DNA from: Lingula anatina
Taxonomy: Eukaryota > Animalia > Brachiopoda
Length of the DNA: 64,000 nt
Assembly: GCA_051362555.1 (NCBI GenBank)
Contig: CM120640.1
Location: 10,602,001-10,666,000 of the forward strand
Direction: 5' to 3'
The notes beneath the pieces are model-generated. The model ran no database searches. It saw only the letters and a list, made by a program, of their open reading frames with translations, and was not told the DNA's origin. The translations under genes were made by a program, and so were the position numbers. Below, piece by piece: positions 14,157 to 27,809 of the stretch. Numbering within the stretch: the stretch's first letter is position 1; each line of letters opens with the position of its first letter.

Positions 14157-17100
14157 AGGGAGGGGGGTGAGCACAAAGGAGGTTAGGCAGATAAGGGTTT
14201 TTCGTGTAAATCACGTTGCTGTGTATACAGCTGGTTATAGTATTAAGTGAGCTTCAGGAAAGTCAATATTCTGCCAAGCTGTGTTGCGGTATGTTAAACA
14301 ATAGAAATGGCACATTGAAATAAAAACGGTGTCAGATAAATGATCCTTAATTATGCTCATGCTCATCCAGCTGAAGCGATGTTAGGAGACCCTGCAAAAG
14401 TGAACTCCGTGGGTACAATAATGAATATAATGAAATTAAGTCCGTTTGCAGCTTGCAATATTCTGTTCTAGCTATCTGTCTGATCAGCGAGACAAGAATC
14501 AAAATTGCTGACGTGCGATCTATTTTAAGACATGCGTGGAACCTTCACTGGTTGGATCATGTTGGATGCTCATCGTTCACCATATGTGTCATTCTTATTC
14601 AAGACACTTGACCACAATTGAGATCAATTTTTGAAAAATCAGCAGGATAGGCTAAATGTCACCAGGCAAGTGGCAATTAGGAATGATAATGACATGGGTC
14701 TGTGGCGATACTGAGCCATCAAAGCACGCCCGGGAGCCCAGTCCCGTTGTAATTGAAAACGTTTCAGACTAACTTTGGGTTTGTTTTCACCACACTCTAT
14801 TATATCCCATAGTCACAATATGCAGGGAAAGTGGGATGCCATGAGAAAACGTAGCGTGACGTGGACGCTATATTGCAGGCGTAGTTCTTCATGTGTTCCA
14901 GGAGTTTGTCGAATCTAGGTTCTAGCAGAACCAATGTTGAATGCGACCTACTTCTACCCGCATAGAAATAAAAATAGAAAACAGGTCCCTAGGATATAAG
15001 CCCTGTTGCACCGTTTGTTTCGTATGATAAAATATTTAGTACAGACTATTTTGACATGCTTACAAGGATTACAATTTTGCAAGCGGAAAAGGCCTCTGAG
15101 ACTGAAAATATCAATTAGAGCGAGCGCCTAATTAGAAATGCCTAAGCCTTCTAGTGATAACTAACACTGCCAGTTTTTCGATAATTGTGAACTTTGTTTT
15201 TTTTTTAATCTTCTGCGAATTATTTTAGTATTGTTCAGTTTGTTTTTCTTGAATACTTCAGGTATTTCGAAATAAGGGTAACGAAGGTCCAGAAGGATAT
15301 GAAAGCCTCAGCGATCTAACAAATGCATCTAAATCGAACCAAAAAGTAGACCATTCCAAAACAGACGCTGACCGGAATTCTTCCGGCAATCATTCTGATG
15401 AGGACGCTGACGGTATGGAGGGAAAGACGGATGCTGACAAGGAAGAAGAAAGGCAGATCCCTAAAGTAGCGCCCCCTTCTCCTCGATTAGATCACCTTAA
15501 CGCAGAGGAAATTGGAAAATTAACAAACGTCTTTAAGAAGCTAGAAACTATGGAGCAAGAGGAAAAAGAATTTGTAAAGTTTGTATCTGATAAAAAGTCT
15601 TGATCTATTTAACATGTCTTGGTTAATTTAGTAATGGCTTACCATTTATACACATTTCTAGATACATGTTACATGGGGATCGTTTTTTTATTGAAATTGA
15701 TGTCTTCATTTAAGCCACAATTACATGGAACCTTGCTTTTGTAGAGCAACTTGATACAATTCTACGCTGTTATGAATTTCACCACTCACTCAAATATAAG
15801 GAATTTCTCAATATGACATCTGCATATTAGTAATATAAGAGTATTATCTCCTAATCACTGACTAATATATTAGATAAAGGATTCGAAGACACATATCTGA
15901 TTTTAAAACAAAAGGAACAATATGCAACATGTAACTGTTCAGTATATGTCCCAAACACATTACCTCAACTGCTTATAAAGTTGTAATATACTCATTCGTC
16001 AACAAACTGATTTTCAAAATGTCAGAAACAACATGCAACGGGTCACTGTATGTTCCAAACACATTACCTCGGCTTGTAAATGTCCGTTTATATAACTTGT
16101 ATATATAAGTCTACAGGTCACATAATGTAGATGTGTTTAGAATATTTTTTCTTATTCATAACGTTTAATCCGGATGTCGTTAAATACCGTTACGAAGGTA
16201 AAATTCTTGGAAACCTTAGGATGGTGAAATTCAAAGCATCCGATAATGTCAGGTTGGCTTCAGGTTACAGTTTTAATAATTTGCATTAGAACTGACACTG
16301 AAGATGCAACAAGAATCGGTAGGGTCTTTCTGATTATTTATTTATTTATTCATTTATTTAAGTTAAAGTTAAAGTTTGGAAGTTAAATACTTTTGAGGAA
16401 TCAATATTTTCCCGTTTTCATTTGTCAAATGTCTATATATCTATCTGATCACTGTCTGTCTGTGTCGTCACTGTCGCTATCGCCATCGCGGTCGCCGTCC
16501 GAAATATCAGTCCTTATATCTCCCTAACCATATTTTAGTTTTGCTTGACTCTTAGTGAGTAGCATTGTTTAGATAAAAAGTTTTTTTTTCAGCATGATTT
16601 GAATTTTTTTTAACGAAATTTATTGATTTTTTGTGTGTTTTCATTTTCACGTATTTTGGCGACGTTCGCCTTTTAAGTGTCAAGCCAATTTTTTTTTACT
16701 TTACAAGGACCCAGTACAAGGACCCAGTAGGTTTCCCAGGTAGTACTGTATGACGATTGGGTAGTTTTATGAAAGATTATAGAAATCTTTGTGTATTTTG
16801 ATGACGTTAGCCCCATAGGTGCCAAGCACTATTTTCGTTTGACTGAAAATTTGCTGAGTGAATTTGTTTGGTGAAAAAGGCAGGTTTCTTTCGAAAATCA
16901 TCACGATCGGGTTATTTATACAGGAGATATTGTTTACTGGAATGACACTGTTTATTTCTTTATTTTTAGGATTGTGAAATGCTGCTACAGTCACGTTTTG
17001 TCTGTAGGCTTTGTTATAAAATTTGGCATGGTTAGTTAATTTTCGCAAGAGCAATTGAACCATTTTGCAATGTTTTGCCATCCTGTTGTCCAATTTTTTA

Positions 17101-20100
17101 ACCCAATATATTGTGCGATGTCATGGGTTGTCCCAGAAGTCAAGGTTTGGGAGGCTAGTAAACATTGAAAAGTAGGGATTTTTATCAGATGTTTACTTAA
17201 ATGCGCCTATTTATGTTAAAATTGAGAACGAATTTTTATATACAGACACTGTCCCTGCATTTACAGTCCAAGTTTGGGTTTGGAATCGATGTCCAAATTT
17301 GTATACTGCGGTATCATTTTGTCACTGTTAAACGCTGTCTCTCCATATGTCAGCTTTAGCTGGCTTGCTTTACTTAAAGGTCTCATTTTTTCCCATAAGC
17401 TATCTTATATTCCCCTGTCTGTTTGCCATTTACATAATTACTTGTCTGCATCAATATCAGGATTTTATGATACGTGTTGGACCCACATGCAATTCAAGTA
17501 TAATGAAAATATACACTTCATCGATGTAGAAACTTCCAGTCAAGAAGATCTTTTTTATTACTGAACCAATTTTTCTTCATTTGGGGCAGCTGTAATCTGT
17601 TTCTCCAGCCCTAAGGATTCGTACTGTTGGCAGTTCTCGTTATTTCTGGTCAACATCCAAATTTTGCAGCCATCAACACCAATAGGAATGTGGAGGCCTT
17701 CATAAAACGTTGTTCTTTTATGTCAATATTAATTATTATCATTGGTGCTAGTTACGTCATTGCAACCTTCCTTTTTTAAACAGACAGTATGCTTATATCC
17801 ACAATACCAGTACCATAATCATTTAACGGCGATGTTTGATACATCCATGTTTATCATTACTTGTTTATCAAAATAACTCAAGCATATGATAGTCAGGTAA
17901 TTCTTTAATGTTTATGAAGTTATAACCCCCCCCCCCCCTTTTCCCAAAAGAGGCAAAGGGGTGTTATGATATTCAGTTTATAGGAAATGCATCATGCTGC
18001 ACCACTTCTCAAAAGATTTTTTTAGTAACGACAATGTTAGGCGTTCTCCCCTTCTCGATCTCATGTGATATCATTATCCAACGCAAATTATACATCTTTA
18101 CAAGTGATTGTATGCGAAGATGGTTTAGAATGAGGCTTCTACAGAAAGAGGTAGTATATGGAAGAATTACAGGTTTTTTAGACGTCTGTGCTTGATCTTG
18201 ATACGGTAAATCTTTGGTCTTTGAGTCAAAATTGTGACTGCATTGCTAGTCTTTGTACGTGTTTGCTGTACTGCCTTAGTCCGTTATTAAAAACATATCA
18301 GTAACACAATAAAGCGCTGTTGGTCGCTTATCAGTCTAGCAGCACTATATATTGTTGGTTGGTGCCTGCAGGAATATATCTCCTTAGGTTGGTTTAAATC
18401 ACCAATTCTTCCACATGAATAGAACAGAGTTTTTTTATAGATCTAATGCTTCGAAATGAAGTTCTAAAGTGGGTTATGTGCCATATATTTTCACACTAGA
18501 TTTTCGATTTTTTTAATATATCAGATATTAAAGTTTGCACGTTTATTTCTTTGGCTTTAGTACTAATATTAGTGGAAGTTATCTACCATCTATGGGGCTG
18601 TTCACACCAGTTCTAACCTAGACCATGTTGTTTCTTATTCTCACCACAGGATCCTAATTGGGTCATAAAATAAACCCAAATCGCCTATACTAATAAATGT
18701 CATATTGCAGAGTTTTTTATATTTCAGGAACCAGCAAGAAAGACGGGATTCAATGAATGACCAGGTGTCCCTTTTGGAACGACAGCAGGAGAAAAAGACA
18801 GTAAGGCTGTGTATGTTGTGTGACTCGGCGACCATATGGGACGGCGTAGGAAGGGCGTGTCACTTCTGTAAGAAGAGAGCCTGCTCGAAGTGCAGAACCT
18901 ACGTTGAACCACCACCAACTGGAAAGGCGTGGAACATTACCAAGGTACTCATTTCATTTCTTGTATTCTTTCATCTCAGATGTTTGTTGTTGTTTTATCC
19001 TTTAAGAAATAAACGAAAGATGCGTCTCAATTAAGTTTCACATACAAATATTTCAAATAAGAGAAAAACACCGTCTGAATGTCTTTCGGTGGCTAATTGT
19101 CAATTTGCAACAATAATTTTATCCAGTACCAGTCTGATAGTCACATATCTATCTAAAAAAACCCAAACAGATGATACCTTGGTGATACACGGATATTTGC
19201 ATATCAGTTGGAACAGACGGGACAGTGTAAATACGACAATGAAACTAAACATAGCAAAAGTACGAGTTTAAGCATTTTAGTCATATCATTGGTTTCCTAC
19301 AAGATATCTACTTGTCAGTTCGTATAAGTTTTATCGAAGGATTTCTCTTCGGTATATTTGTGTGCATCTGTGTGGTTGGTAAGACGGACGGACCTGGTGA
19401 GTGAAAGATGAGTGAGAAAATGTACAGATGGCATTCAAACGAAACTCTATTTATCTGAGTTTTGTGAAAAGATGCCTGCACAGTGTACGTGCAGCGCTGA
19501 ACTACACCGAAAAGCACTACGTTGAAGTACTAACACGATATGCCAATGTTGGTGTGGATTCCAGTAATACGATCTTTCCTATCAACATTATGGGTTTTCC
19601 CGGAAAAAGGCATTTAACTCACCAATGTCCAGGGTTTAAGCCTGAGGTTTAGAGATGTGACTTAAAAGGTTCGCGTGGCGTGCTGTATAGGCATCTGTCC
19701 AGGGCTTGGTATTGTGATGATAAGCTGTATCTATAATGAAGTTATTCTGTTATATTATGAAGGTCAACTGGATTTTAACACTATAGATTTATAATTTCAA
19801 GTTCCAAATGAAACGATCTGCACTGATTAAAAAATAAAGTAACCACTGCTGTTTTTGTTTCTTTATTTATATGTGAGAGAGAGAGAGAGAGAGAGAGCAG
19901 CAGTGCCTGAAGGTTCAATCTCATACGCGACCTATAGAAACCAATTTCAGCAATATCTGCTAATATCCGTCCCAGTTGTTATTAAATTGCAGTCAGTAGT
20001 GACTATTTATTGTAATGTTAACACCATTTGGGCCAAAAGTGAAAATATGAAGAGATACGGAATATTTAATAGGAGCATCCTTTGTTCTCTAATCGTATAT

Positions 20101-20536
20101 GCCTTAATATATTTTTTATGAAAACTCCAATCTCGAATATATTGAGAATAGGTATATGACTGTCGATTTTAAGCACGAGTGTGAGTATTGGACTTACTTG
20201 ATAAAACGTTGGGTTCGAACAATGATATGTAGATGAGTCAACAGTATAATTTGGCCCAGCGCAAAACTTCTGCACATTTGAAATGAAAAGCTCTATAAAT
20301 GTCAAAAAGTACTCAAATGGTAATGCGTTTCAACTTTCCTAGTATTTTAAGGGTTACTGGGTATGTAATGTCTGCTACCTAAACCTCGACGTTCTCCAGA
20401 AGACTGGAAAATGGTGTCAAACAGACTCTGACGAAGGGGAGGAGGTGCCCGTCAGAACGTCAGCAGACTTCTTTAAAAAAGTTGCCACTGACTGGGGACC
20501 AGATGATGAATTTGTAAGTTTATTAGTGCATCATTT

Positions 20537-20611
<75 letters not shown>

Positions 20612-21307
20612 TGGTTTTAGCACATTTTACATACATGTACAAGCAATATATTTATATTCTGATCACTGTGTTTGTCCGTGCTGTCGCATCCGGCACTTCT
20701 GTTTTTCACCCTTAAAATAAGCACAATCAGATTATCTTTACCAAATGTACAGTTTTTAGCATGTATTTTGTGCACTCTCGACAGTTATTGATTTTTTTTC
20801 TGTGTAAATATTGTTACAATGTTTTTCCCTTGTTTCGCGTCTGCATATTTGTCAGCTTTGCTGCCATGTTTACAAAACGCAATGACCCAACATCATATAC
20901 GTTGTAATAATGATTAATTAAAGTCGACAGTGAACGTAAAAGGGCCTTTACATAAATTATACAGCTAGTAGTACGAATACACATTCCAGTATCAAAACAG
21001 AATGTTTAGATTGGTCTCGTCATCGAAATTGCAAAACATACTTGTTTTCGCTGATGATTCTGCGCTCTCGTTCTCTTTACAATAATCTTATTTTTTCGGT
21101 CGCCCGTACTTTGTTTAATAGCTTATACTAGGGTTCTCTGATTCTTGGCAGTTCAGATTCTCTAAATTTCGGTCACCCTGACACTTTAATTTGCAGTAAA
21201 TTTTGCGGTTGAAATTCATCTTTTTTCCTTAGGATGGCTGCAAGGCCATAGACCTGGATGAAGAGTATACCACTTCCAGCAGAAAGAGCACAGCAAAAAG
21301 AAAGTAG
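13899..21307 (+). CDS. Rab-effector protein with only a Rab-binding (Slp-homology/FYVE-type Zn finger) domain, Noc2/rabphilin N-terminus-like, 277 aa; exons 13899-13961, 15262-15578, 18728-18944, 20352-20513, 21233-21307
   Basis: SHD1-like helix LDHLNAEEIGKLTNVFKKLETMEQEEKEFVK; four Cys pairs CMLC, CHFC, CSKC, WVCNVC; SHD2-like KTGKW. Splice phases are consistent (0,2,0,0). No C2 domains before the stop. Confidence 0.8.
14017..14152. repeat. Compound (GT)n/(GA)n microsatellite in intron 1
   Basis: Directly visible; it produces the spurious HTHT/CVCV/ERER ORFs. Confidence 0.95.
20620..20872 (+). mobile_element. Short degenerate HINE-like element related to those at 46.5 and 60.3 kb
   Basis: Ends in GTCTGCATATTTGTCAGCTTTGCTGCCATGTTT, similar to GTCTGTACATTTGACAGCTTTGCTGCCTTGTT at 49812 and 62951. 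The 5' part has ctgatcactgtgtttgtccg, also seen near 16446. Confidence 0.5.
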
Positions 21308-22299
21308 AGGTCTAACCAACATTTAATCCAGCTTGGGTGTTATCTTGTCCTGATTCATGATTCAGGAATTATTAGATTATTAATACTCAACATAGATTCA
21401 AAACGGTTGCATGGGCATGTGTACCATGACTTATGATAAGTTGTAGCCAACGGCAAACATTTAACATCAAGTTATACGTGTTTGGTGTTGATGGTTTCTG
21501 CTGTTCTCGAGCTGTTCTCAATAATAGCAATGTTGAATTTCTTCATTTGAAAGATTGATGAATATTTAACTTAATTTAATGAATATTTAATTTAATGATC
21601 TGTTAAAGAGATCCTTTGACCCCCTGCATCCATGATTGTTCAATAAACAGTATTGCTACAGAGTATTCCGATCACCTGCTTCCTAGTTGTTATAGATTTG
21701 GCAATATAGATATTTGTTTTTTTCTTGAAACTATGATGTATATCTTGAAATATAAGATAAACTTTACATAGTGTCTGACTTTCGGTAAGGGTTGAGTTCT
21801 AGGGTGGAATGGAAAGGCCAGTCGTGGGAAGAGACGTTTTATCGGTAAATATATATTAAGCATTCATTTTCAACTTTTGCTTTCGAGCAATAGATATTTG
21901 AAGAGTTTCAGCCGCCATCTACTGTTGGAGGACGAAGGCATAGGTCCTACTTGTAGAACAGTATGATATTGATTTGTCATGACAGCACTGAGTTGTAATA
22001 AATTCATTTACGGTGACTATAGATAAATGATGAATATCGACGACGATTGTTTTTATGGGATATTTTATTTACTTAACCAATCAACACAAAATGTAGCTCA
22101 TGGTTGTTAGAGTTGGAAAGGATGCAGGCGTCTGTTTATTTCTTTGTATGTATTCTACCGTAATTTTAACAAGACAAATAATTTTCCATTTTAGCAATTG
22201 ATCACGTTTCTTTTTGACGATTAATGTCACAAAATACGTAATAACGAAAATAATAATCATAATGATAATATTTCAGTCTGTAAGATACATTTAGGCCTA

Positions 22300-24960
22300 T
22301 TAGTTACACCAGGAGCCTAGTTCTTCATTAAAACGCGCGCAGAATGCATTCACAGCATTTTCAGCAGCCTGTATATCGTCCACACTACCATGGATAATCT
22401 CATAATTATCTGCAAACTCTTCGGTCTCCTTTTGTAACTCTTGCTTTGTAATTAGAGTCTTAAAAATCTCAAACCTCCTTTCGTGGTCGCCGCCATCTTT
22501 GTAGTACTCCTTGACCCTTGAGCTGATAGGTGTTGTGGGGTCATTTTGAACGCGGCTCCCCATGATGTAGCCATCGATGTCGCCGAGTATCTCGGCGTCT
22601 GTGGCCATGCTGTACGGACCGTCAAGGGTGAACTTCTCTCCGTTCCACGTGCCGCTAGGCCCTATCAATGGCTTGGTGGAATCTGCAAGAAGATATTTTG
22701 GTCTTTACTCGAAGGGAGCATCTTTATATGGTACGGAAGGGATGATCGTTTCTATATTTTGTTAATGTAATTTTCGCGTGGTTCTTTTCTTTCTTTATTG
22801 CTTTATTTTTATTCATTTCTTTTTTTATAAGGTAGATGTTAGCTACATCCTCATACGCGACCGGATTAATTCAGACAAAATAAATGCAAAGCAAATTAGG
22901 GTAAGGTTTTACACGGGATTAAAGTGTCAGCCTTATAAAATTACATTAAAGTCTGTCAAACTTCTTGTCGCTGATTTTTCAGTGAGGATCATCAACTTCT
23001 TAATAAGCGAAAACACCAACTAAAAGACTAAGAATGCTCTGTGTTTTGTAAAGAAATCATCATGAAATCATGCGATCATTACATATATAGGCCTATGCGT
23101 TATATAGCCAGTAGTGTTATCTGCATGTACCTAGTTGATTTTTATGACCTGACTGCCCAAGATCTCCACTTATTGTGGTGGCGGCGAGGTTGTCCATCCC
23201 AGAAATCGAATGCCGATCATATCCGGCAGCAATACCAGTTATGACATGGCCTGGAGAAAAAGTAAAAAAATACTGAGTTACATGTAATATACACAAAGGG
23301 ACACGCGTGCACACACACACACACACACACACACACAACAAATGCCATGGGTGATTTTTTTACCAACAACTCTTGATTAGAAACCTGGCAATACTTAAAA
23401 AAACTTAAATCAAACTGCATTCCCCCCCCCCCCCCCCAAAGAAAACATTTTGAAATTCTAAAAATATAGGTAGAAAGGGTTTGCAATATTTTGCTATCGA
23501 CCAAGAAGTCCATGTTCTTGACAGAAACCCAGTTATTGATTTCATCTTACGCTTCGATGTTATGTTTTCAGTATGATCAAATGTGATTAGGCACAGAAAT
23601 GTAATTTCACACGATAAAGGTTCTCACCTAATGCAATTGCGTCGTCACCAATCTTAATCACCCCCTGCTCCTCTAAGCGACCATCTCCATCTGTGTCCTT
23701 TATCGAATGAAGCATTGTCTGCCTTAGATAGTCGAATGCCTCCTGGTTAGCCGGGTCATTTGGAAATGGTGAGACGTCTCTGCCAACAAACGGGACTTTG
23801 TCATTTACTAGGTACATGGTTTTCCAAAAAGGTGTGTCATAGCGGGATACCAGCATCCGAAGCTTGTGGATCAAATCTTCTGGTGGCACGTCAGGGAAGA
23901 GTTTTTCCACGGCATCTAATACGTCTTTGAACTTATCAAACGTGAAGTTCTTTGGGTCTATCCAGAACAAATAAAGCATATATGTTATTGACATGAAAAG
24001 GGGGGGTTTATGAAGATGGACCACAAAAGATTAATGAATAAATTTTGAAGAATAGGATAAATCTTTCCTAAGCTTGATTGCGGGCCAGTTTATTCATTTT
24101 CAAGCCACTATACATGCGCGTTTGGGACAACAGCCAGGTGACATGTTTAGAAATATGAAAACAGATGTAGGACCGCGTTGCGTCTGAAACTCTGGCCAAC
24201 ATAAAGTTTCGAATGAAGTTCGTAATAAGTTAGTGGCAGTTTGAATGATCTCGCAAGACAAAAGTTACGAGAATCCTCAAAGAAAAAGGAATGAAACTCA
24301 CTGTTGGGATTGATGGTTGTATTTGTCGCGGGTGTTGTGGATACTGGGGTGGTCTCTTTTGGAGTCGTACTGCTTGGTGTTGTTGTTGCCGGCTGAGGGG
24401 TGGTCTCTTTCGAAAATAACAGTTTTGAAAAGATTTATTAATAAGAAGCAAAAGATGCTACAGTAAACTGTTATGAGAAGCATTTATGTTGTTATTTAAG
24501 GAAAAGCTTCAATAAATAATTAGTTTAATATTCCAAATTAATTAATATTATTGAGAGTCATTACGTTGATACCGACAGTATATTTATCAACTCAGACCAT
24601 TATCTTATGAAACATAAAGTATTGATCTACAGAATAGGTCTTTATCATTAATCAAGTCATCAATTTTTAAGTTAAAAAATCAACTCGGTTTCTGCCCACA
24701 TGAACAAAAGTAACTCCCTCACCTGGCAATCTGCAGAGTCCTATACAGGTTGATGAACAGTGGAATCTATAAACACACATACGGCACGCAGCGTGGCTGC
24801 ACGAACGATCACACTTGTACTGATATCCACAATACCCACAATACGGACATACGTGTCGACCACCTTTGGCCAAATCGCTGGCTATCTTTGCCAAATTCTG
24901 AGCACTCGCAAGCGTTAACGCCGCGACAAGTAAGACACACATCAATAACACTATCTTCAT
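22300..24960 (-). CDS. Secreted protein: signal peptide + 10-Cys peptide + Thr/Pro-rich linker + PGLYRP2 N-terminal-like domain (no amidase), 391 aa; exons 24960-24723, 24406-24302, 23957-23628, 23250-23131, 22682-22300
   Basis: All four introns are GT..AG phase 1 and join in frame. Motifs EQGVIKIGDDAIALGHVITGIAAG, DNLAATTISGDLGQS, IGPSGTW..FTL and ATDAEILGDIDGYIMG..EYY follow the order I recall for the PGLYRP2 N-terminal region. Confidence 0.8.
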
Positions 24961-27423
24961 GTTTACCGTGCGTTCCAGCCGCCAAAGTAAGTTTCTCTTA
25001 TATACTAGTTACCGTCACCTTACGGATGTGGTTTAATAAATAGTGGATCCTGTTTGGCAAATTAGTCAATTACCATATCCGTGTGCTTTGAGTCAGTTAG
25101 TTGTGGTATTGATGTGTTCTACAATCGGAAAGAAGTTTAAACGCTGGTTAAATCCGGCTTTAGATAAATTGCACGTGACCTTGTCTGGTAAATTCGAAGG
25201 TTAAGGACATAGGGATTGGCACGAATACAAATAACAGTGGCAATAGTTCCTCTTATTTAAAAACAGTACTGGAGTGGCCGATTCAGGTGGTGGTGGTGGT
25301 GGGGGGGGGGGTGGCACAGTGGGCTGTATTCCTCCCGACACCCCCACCCCAGCCCCAGCTTTGGAGGTGCACGTGTCCCCTTCTCTCTCCATCCCACCCC
25401 CCCCCCCAAAAAAAAAAAAGGAAACCAGAGAAACGAGTACAGAGCAATTTTACATTCCTACGTACATAGTAAAGGTGTCCTTGTCTACTATTTTATATTA
25501 AATTAACATTTATATGAAAGCACAATTTATTTAAAACAATGGATCCATCAGCGATTAAAGTTACGTGTTTTCGTTAATTGCAGCTAATATTTGACTGCCA
25601 CTGCAGACTTATAAGGGTTCTTTTTAGCCCAAGGGATGGACATGGTACAGTTCCAAGACCAAACAGGCAGTTAACGCCCGATTTCTCGAAGGAATTGCCA
25701 CTTGCAAATGATTTGAGCAAAATGCTGTCCCTAATTGGATTAAGATGTGCGTTTGTTTGTAGATGATGTATTTTTGCTACAGATTATATGGTTACATCCC
25801 ACAAGAATAGCAAAATTGCTACATTGTAGGTCTAGGCTCCATATCAGTCGATATACGGAGCCTATACATACAGTCAGGAACGACATTCTATGTTGTTATC
25901 ATTATTATTTATGTCATTACCTTCTGAGTGACCTAATTTACTCCCCGTCACTGAAGTTATACTTACTAGATAAATGAAAATCGGAATGCGGTTTTAAGGA
26001 CGCCTGTCTCGTACATTTCCTGCTATCTAAAAACTAAGATTGCGATTTATGTATCTTATGATTCAGCCTTCATCTTCTCTATAGCAATGGAACAGTGGCC
26101 CAAAATTTGCTGTCGTTTTATCGAACAAAAGAGAGATTAAATACAGTCGTGCGCACTTCTTTAATGTTCAAGGATTAGATCCTAAGTGATCAGAAATGTA
26201 GATTCAAAAATTGTTTTTTCCTACGATATGTGAAATGCTGGAAAAGACTACACCGTCATCTCATTTTAAATGGGTTCCAAGTTTACCCATTTAAGAAAAA
26301 AAATTTGAGCTAAAATGTTCAGATGCATATAACTTAAGCTCAAGCTAAATATTCTCTTCCTACCGTGAGCTTGCGGGCAAAATGGACGTAGGCTTTCGTC
26401 AGACTAACATAAGTTGTTATTCCACTGGTGGTAGGAAGAAAATTTTCAGGTTGTGCTTGATAATTATCATCAATGAAAAAAAATCTCATTTTAATTTTCT
26501 CTTGCTACATGCGTATATAACTGCGTATCCAGCCTCCTTATTCGAATGTTTTGTTCTATGGGACTTACTAACTTAGTTACACTGGGGTTGTGCGCTAGCC
26601 TTCAGCGTGAAATTTATTCGCTTTCCATGACAATATCATCCATATCCGAGTACAAAGGGATGCCTTTAGTATGCATACTTTTGTATGAATTTCGCCTTCC
26701 TTGCGACACAAAAATCTGAAATACAATATTAAAAGGCCAGTGAACTTTATATAGTAAACCCCCCCTACCCAGGAAAAAAAAATACAGAATAATACATAAA
26801 GACGTGATGTGACAGCTTCTTCCGACTTCCCCTTGGTGTTATGACTAGAATCAAAAGAAGAACCAGTTCAAGTTAATCTCCTAAGCCATGAGAAAGCTTT
26901 TCATCCTCACTAAGTTCAGTAGAATATAATTTATTTGCTGATTAATGCATTTTCCGCATCTCCGGGCGTGTGCGGGAACCTAGACAAGTGTTGTTGCGTG
27001 GAGTCTCGGCTAGGAGAAGGGCCTGATGCTACTTTTATCCTTATACTAAGCAGTATAAATGAAATGGTTTCCTGGATCGGATTTTCTTCCTCTCTTATTC
27101 CGCGAAAAAAAAGTACAGTTAATTGCTTTCCTACAGTGAAACGGATGTATTGAAAGAATATCACTTTAAGTCCGTAACAAGGTACCCTCTACCAGGGCCA
27201 CAGTTATTATTATTATTATTATTATTTCTATTATTATTTGGACGTTTTCGCTGTGCAGAGGATAATTGTTAATTTAACCAGAGGCATATCTGTTAATATC
27301 TAGTGAAAAATTAATCTTCGGACCTGGTAGAGGGTAGTAACATGGTCAAGCAATCAACTTTCCTAACGACTGCAATCCAAATTCGAATACAAGGGGTTCG
27401 AGCCCATAGAGCCCCCCCCTCCC

Positions 27424-27454
<31 letters not shown>

Positions 27455-27564
27455 ACACATTGATTTCTTGGAACCATCAGTGCAATCAAATAACGACTGG
27501 ACACGCATCGTAATGTGTTTGCTTACGTGACTTTACTTACATGTTACAAAAGAGTAGGTAGTAG

Positions 27565-27787
27565 AGGCTCATTCTCAATGAAACTATGAGCTTACGTAGA
27601 TCTATCCAATTCGCTGAATGCAATCATATTAGCAGATTAATATACCTCCTCCCGGCGTTGGGTAGAATACATAAAGTTGGTGATTATACGGGTACGTTGG
27701 AAACAAGAGGAGGCGTGTTAATCTGATTGCATTAAGCGAAAGTTGGATCGTTCTACGTAGCACGATAACTTTATTGGGAATGAGCCC
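27565..27787. mobile_element. ~220-bp hairpin MITE (PIF/Harbinger-like)
   Basis: TIRs AGGCTCATTCTCAATGAA / TTATTGGGAATGAGCCC, extended imperfect fold-back, and a 3-bp TAG duplication on both sides. Confidence 0.65.
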
Positions 27788-27809
27788 TAGAACTACATGG
27801 ATGGTTACT

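Noticed and set aside
13878-14214. ORFs with SLSL/HTHT/CVCV/ERER runs
   Set aside because: These are translations of the (GT)n(GA)n microsatellite; only 13899-13961 is supported as an exon.
19340-19400. Candidate exon supplying the last Cys pair of the Zn finger
   Set aside because: There is no good acceptor or CxxC in frame; 20352-20513 (WVCNVC..TGKW) completes the domain.
25201-25501. Poly-Gly / poly-Pro ORFs
   Set aside because: They come from G/C homopolymer tracts, probably of a degenerate MITE, with no splice or codon support.
26931-27164. Possible terminal exon of the minus-strand PLAC-module gene
   Set aside because: Phase-1 joins hit immediate stops, and the gene already ends at 28176.
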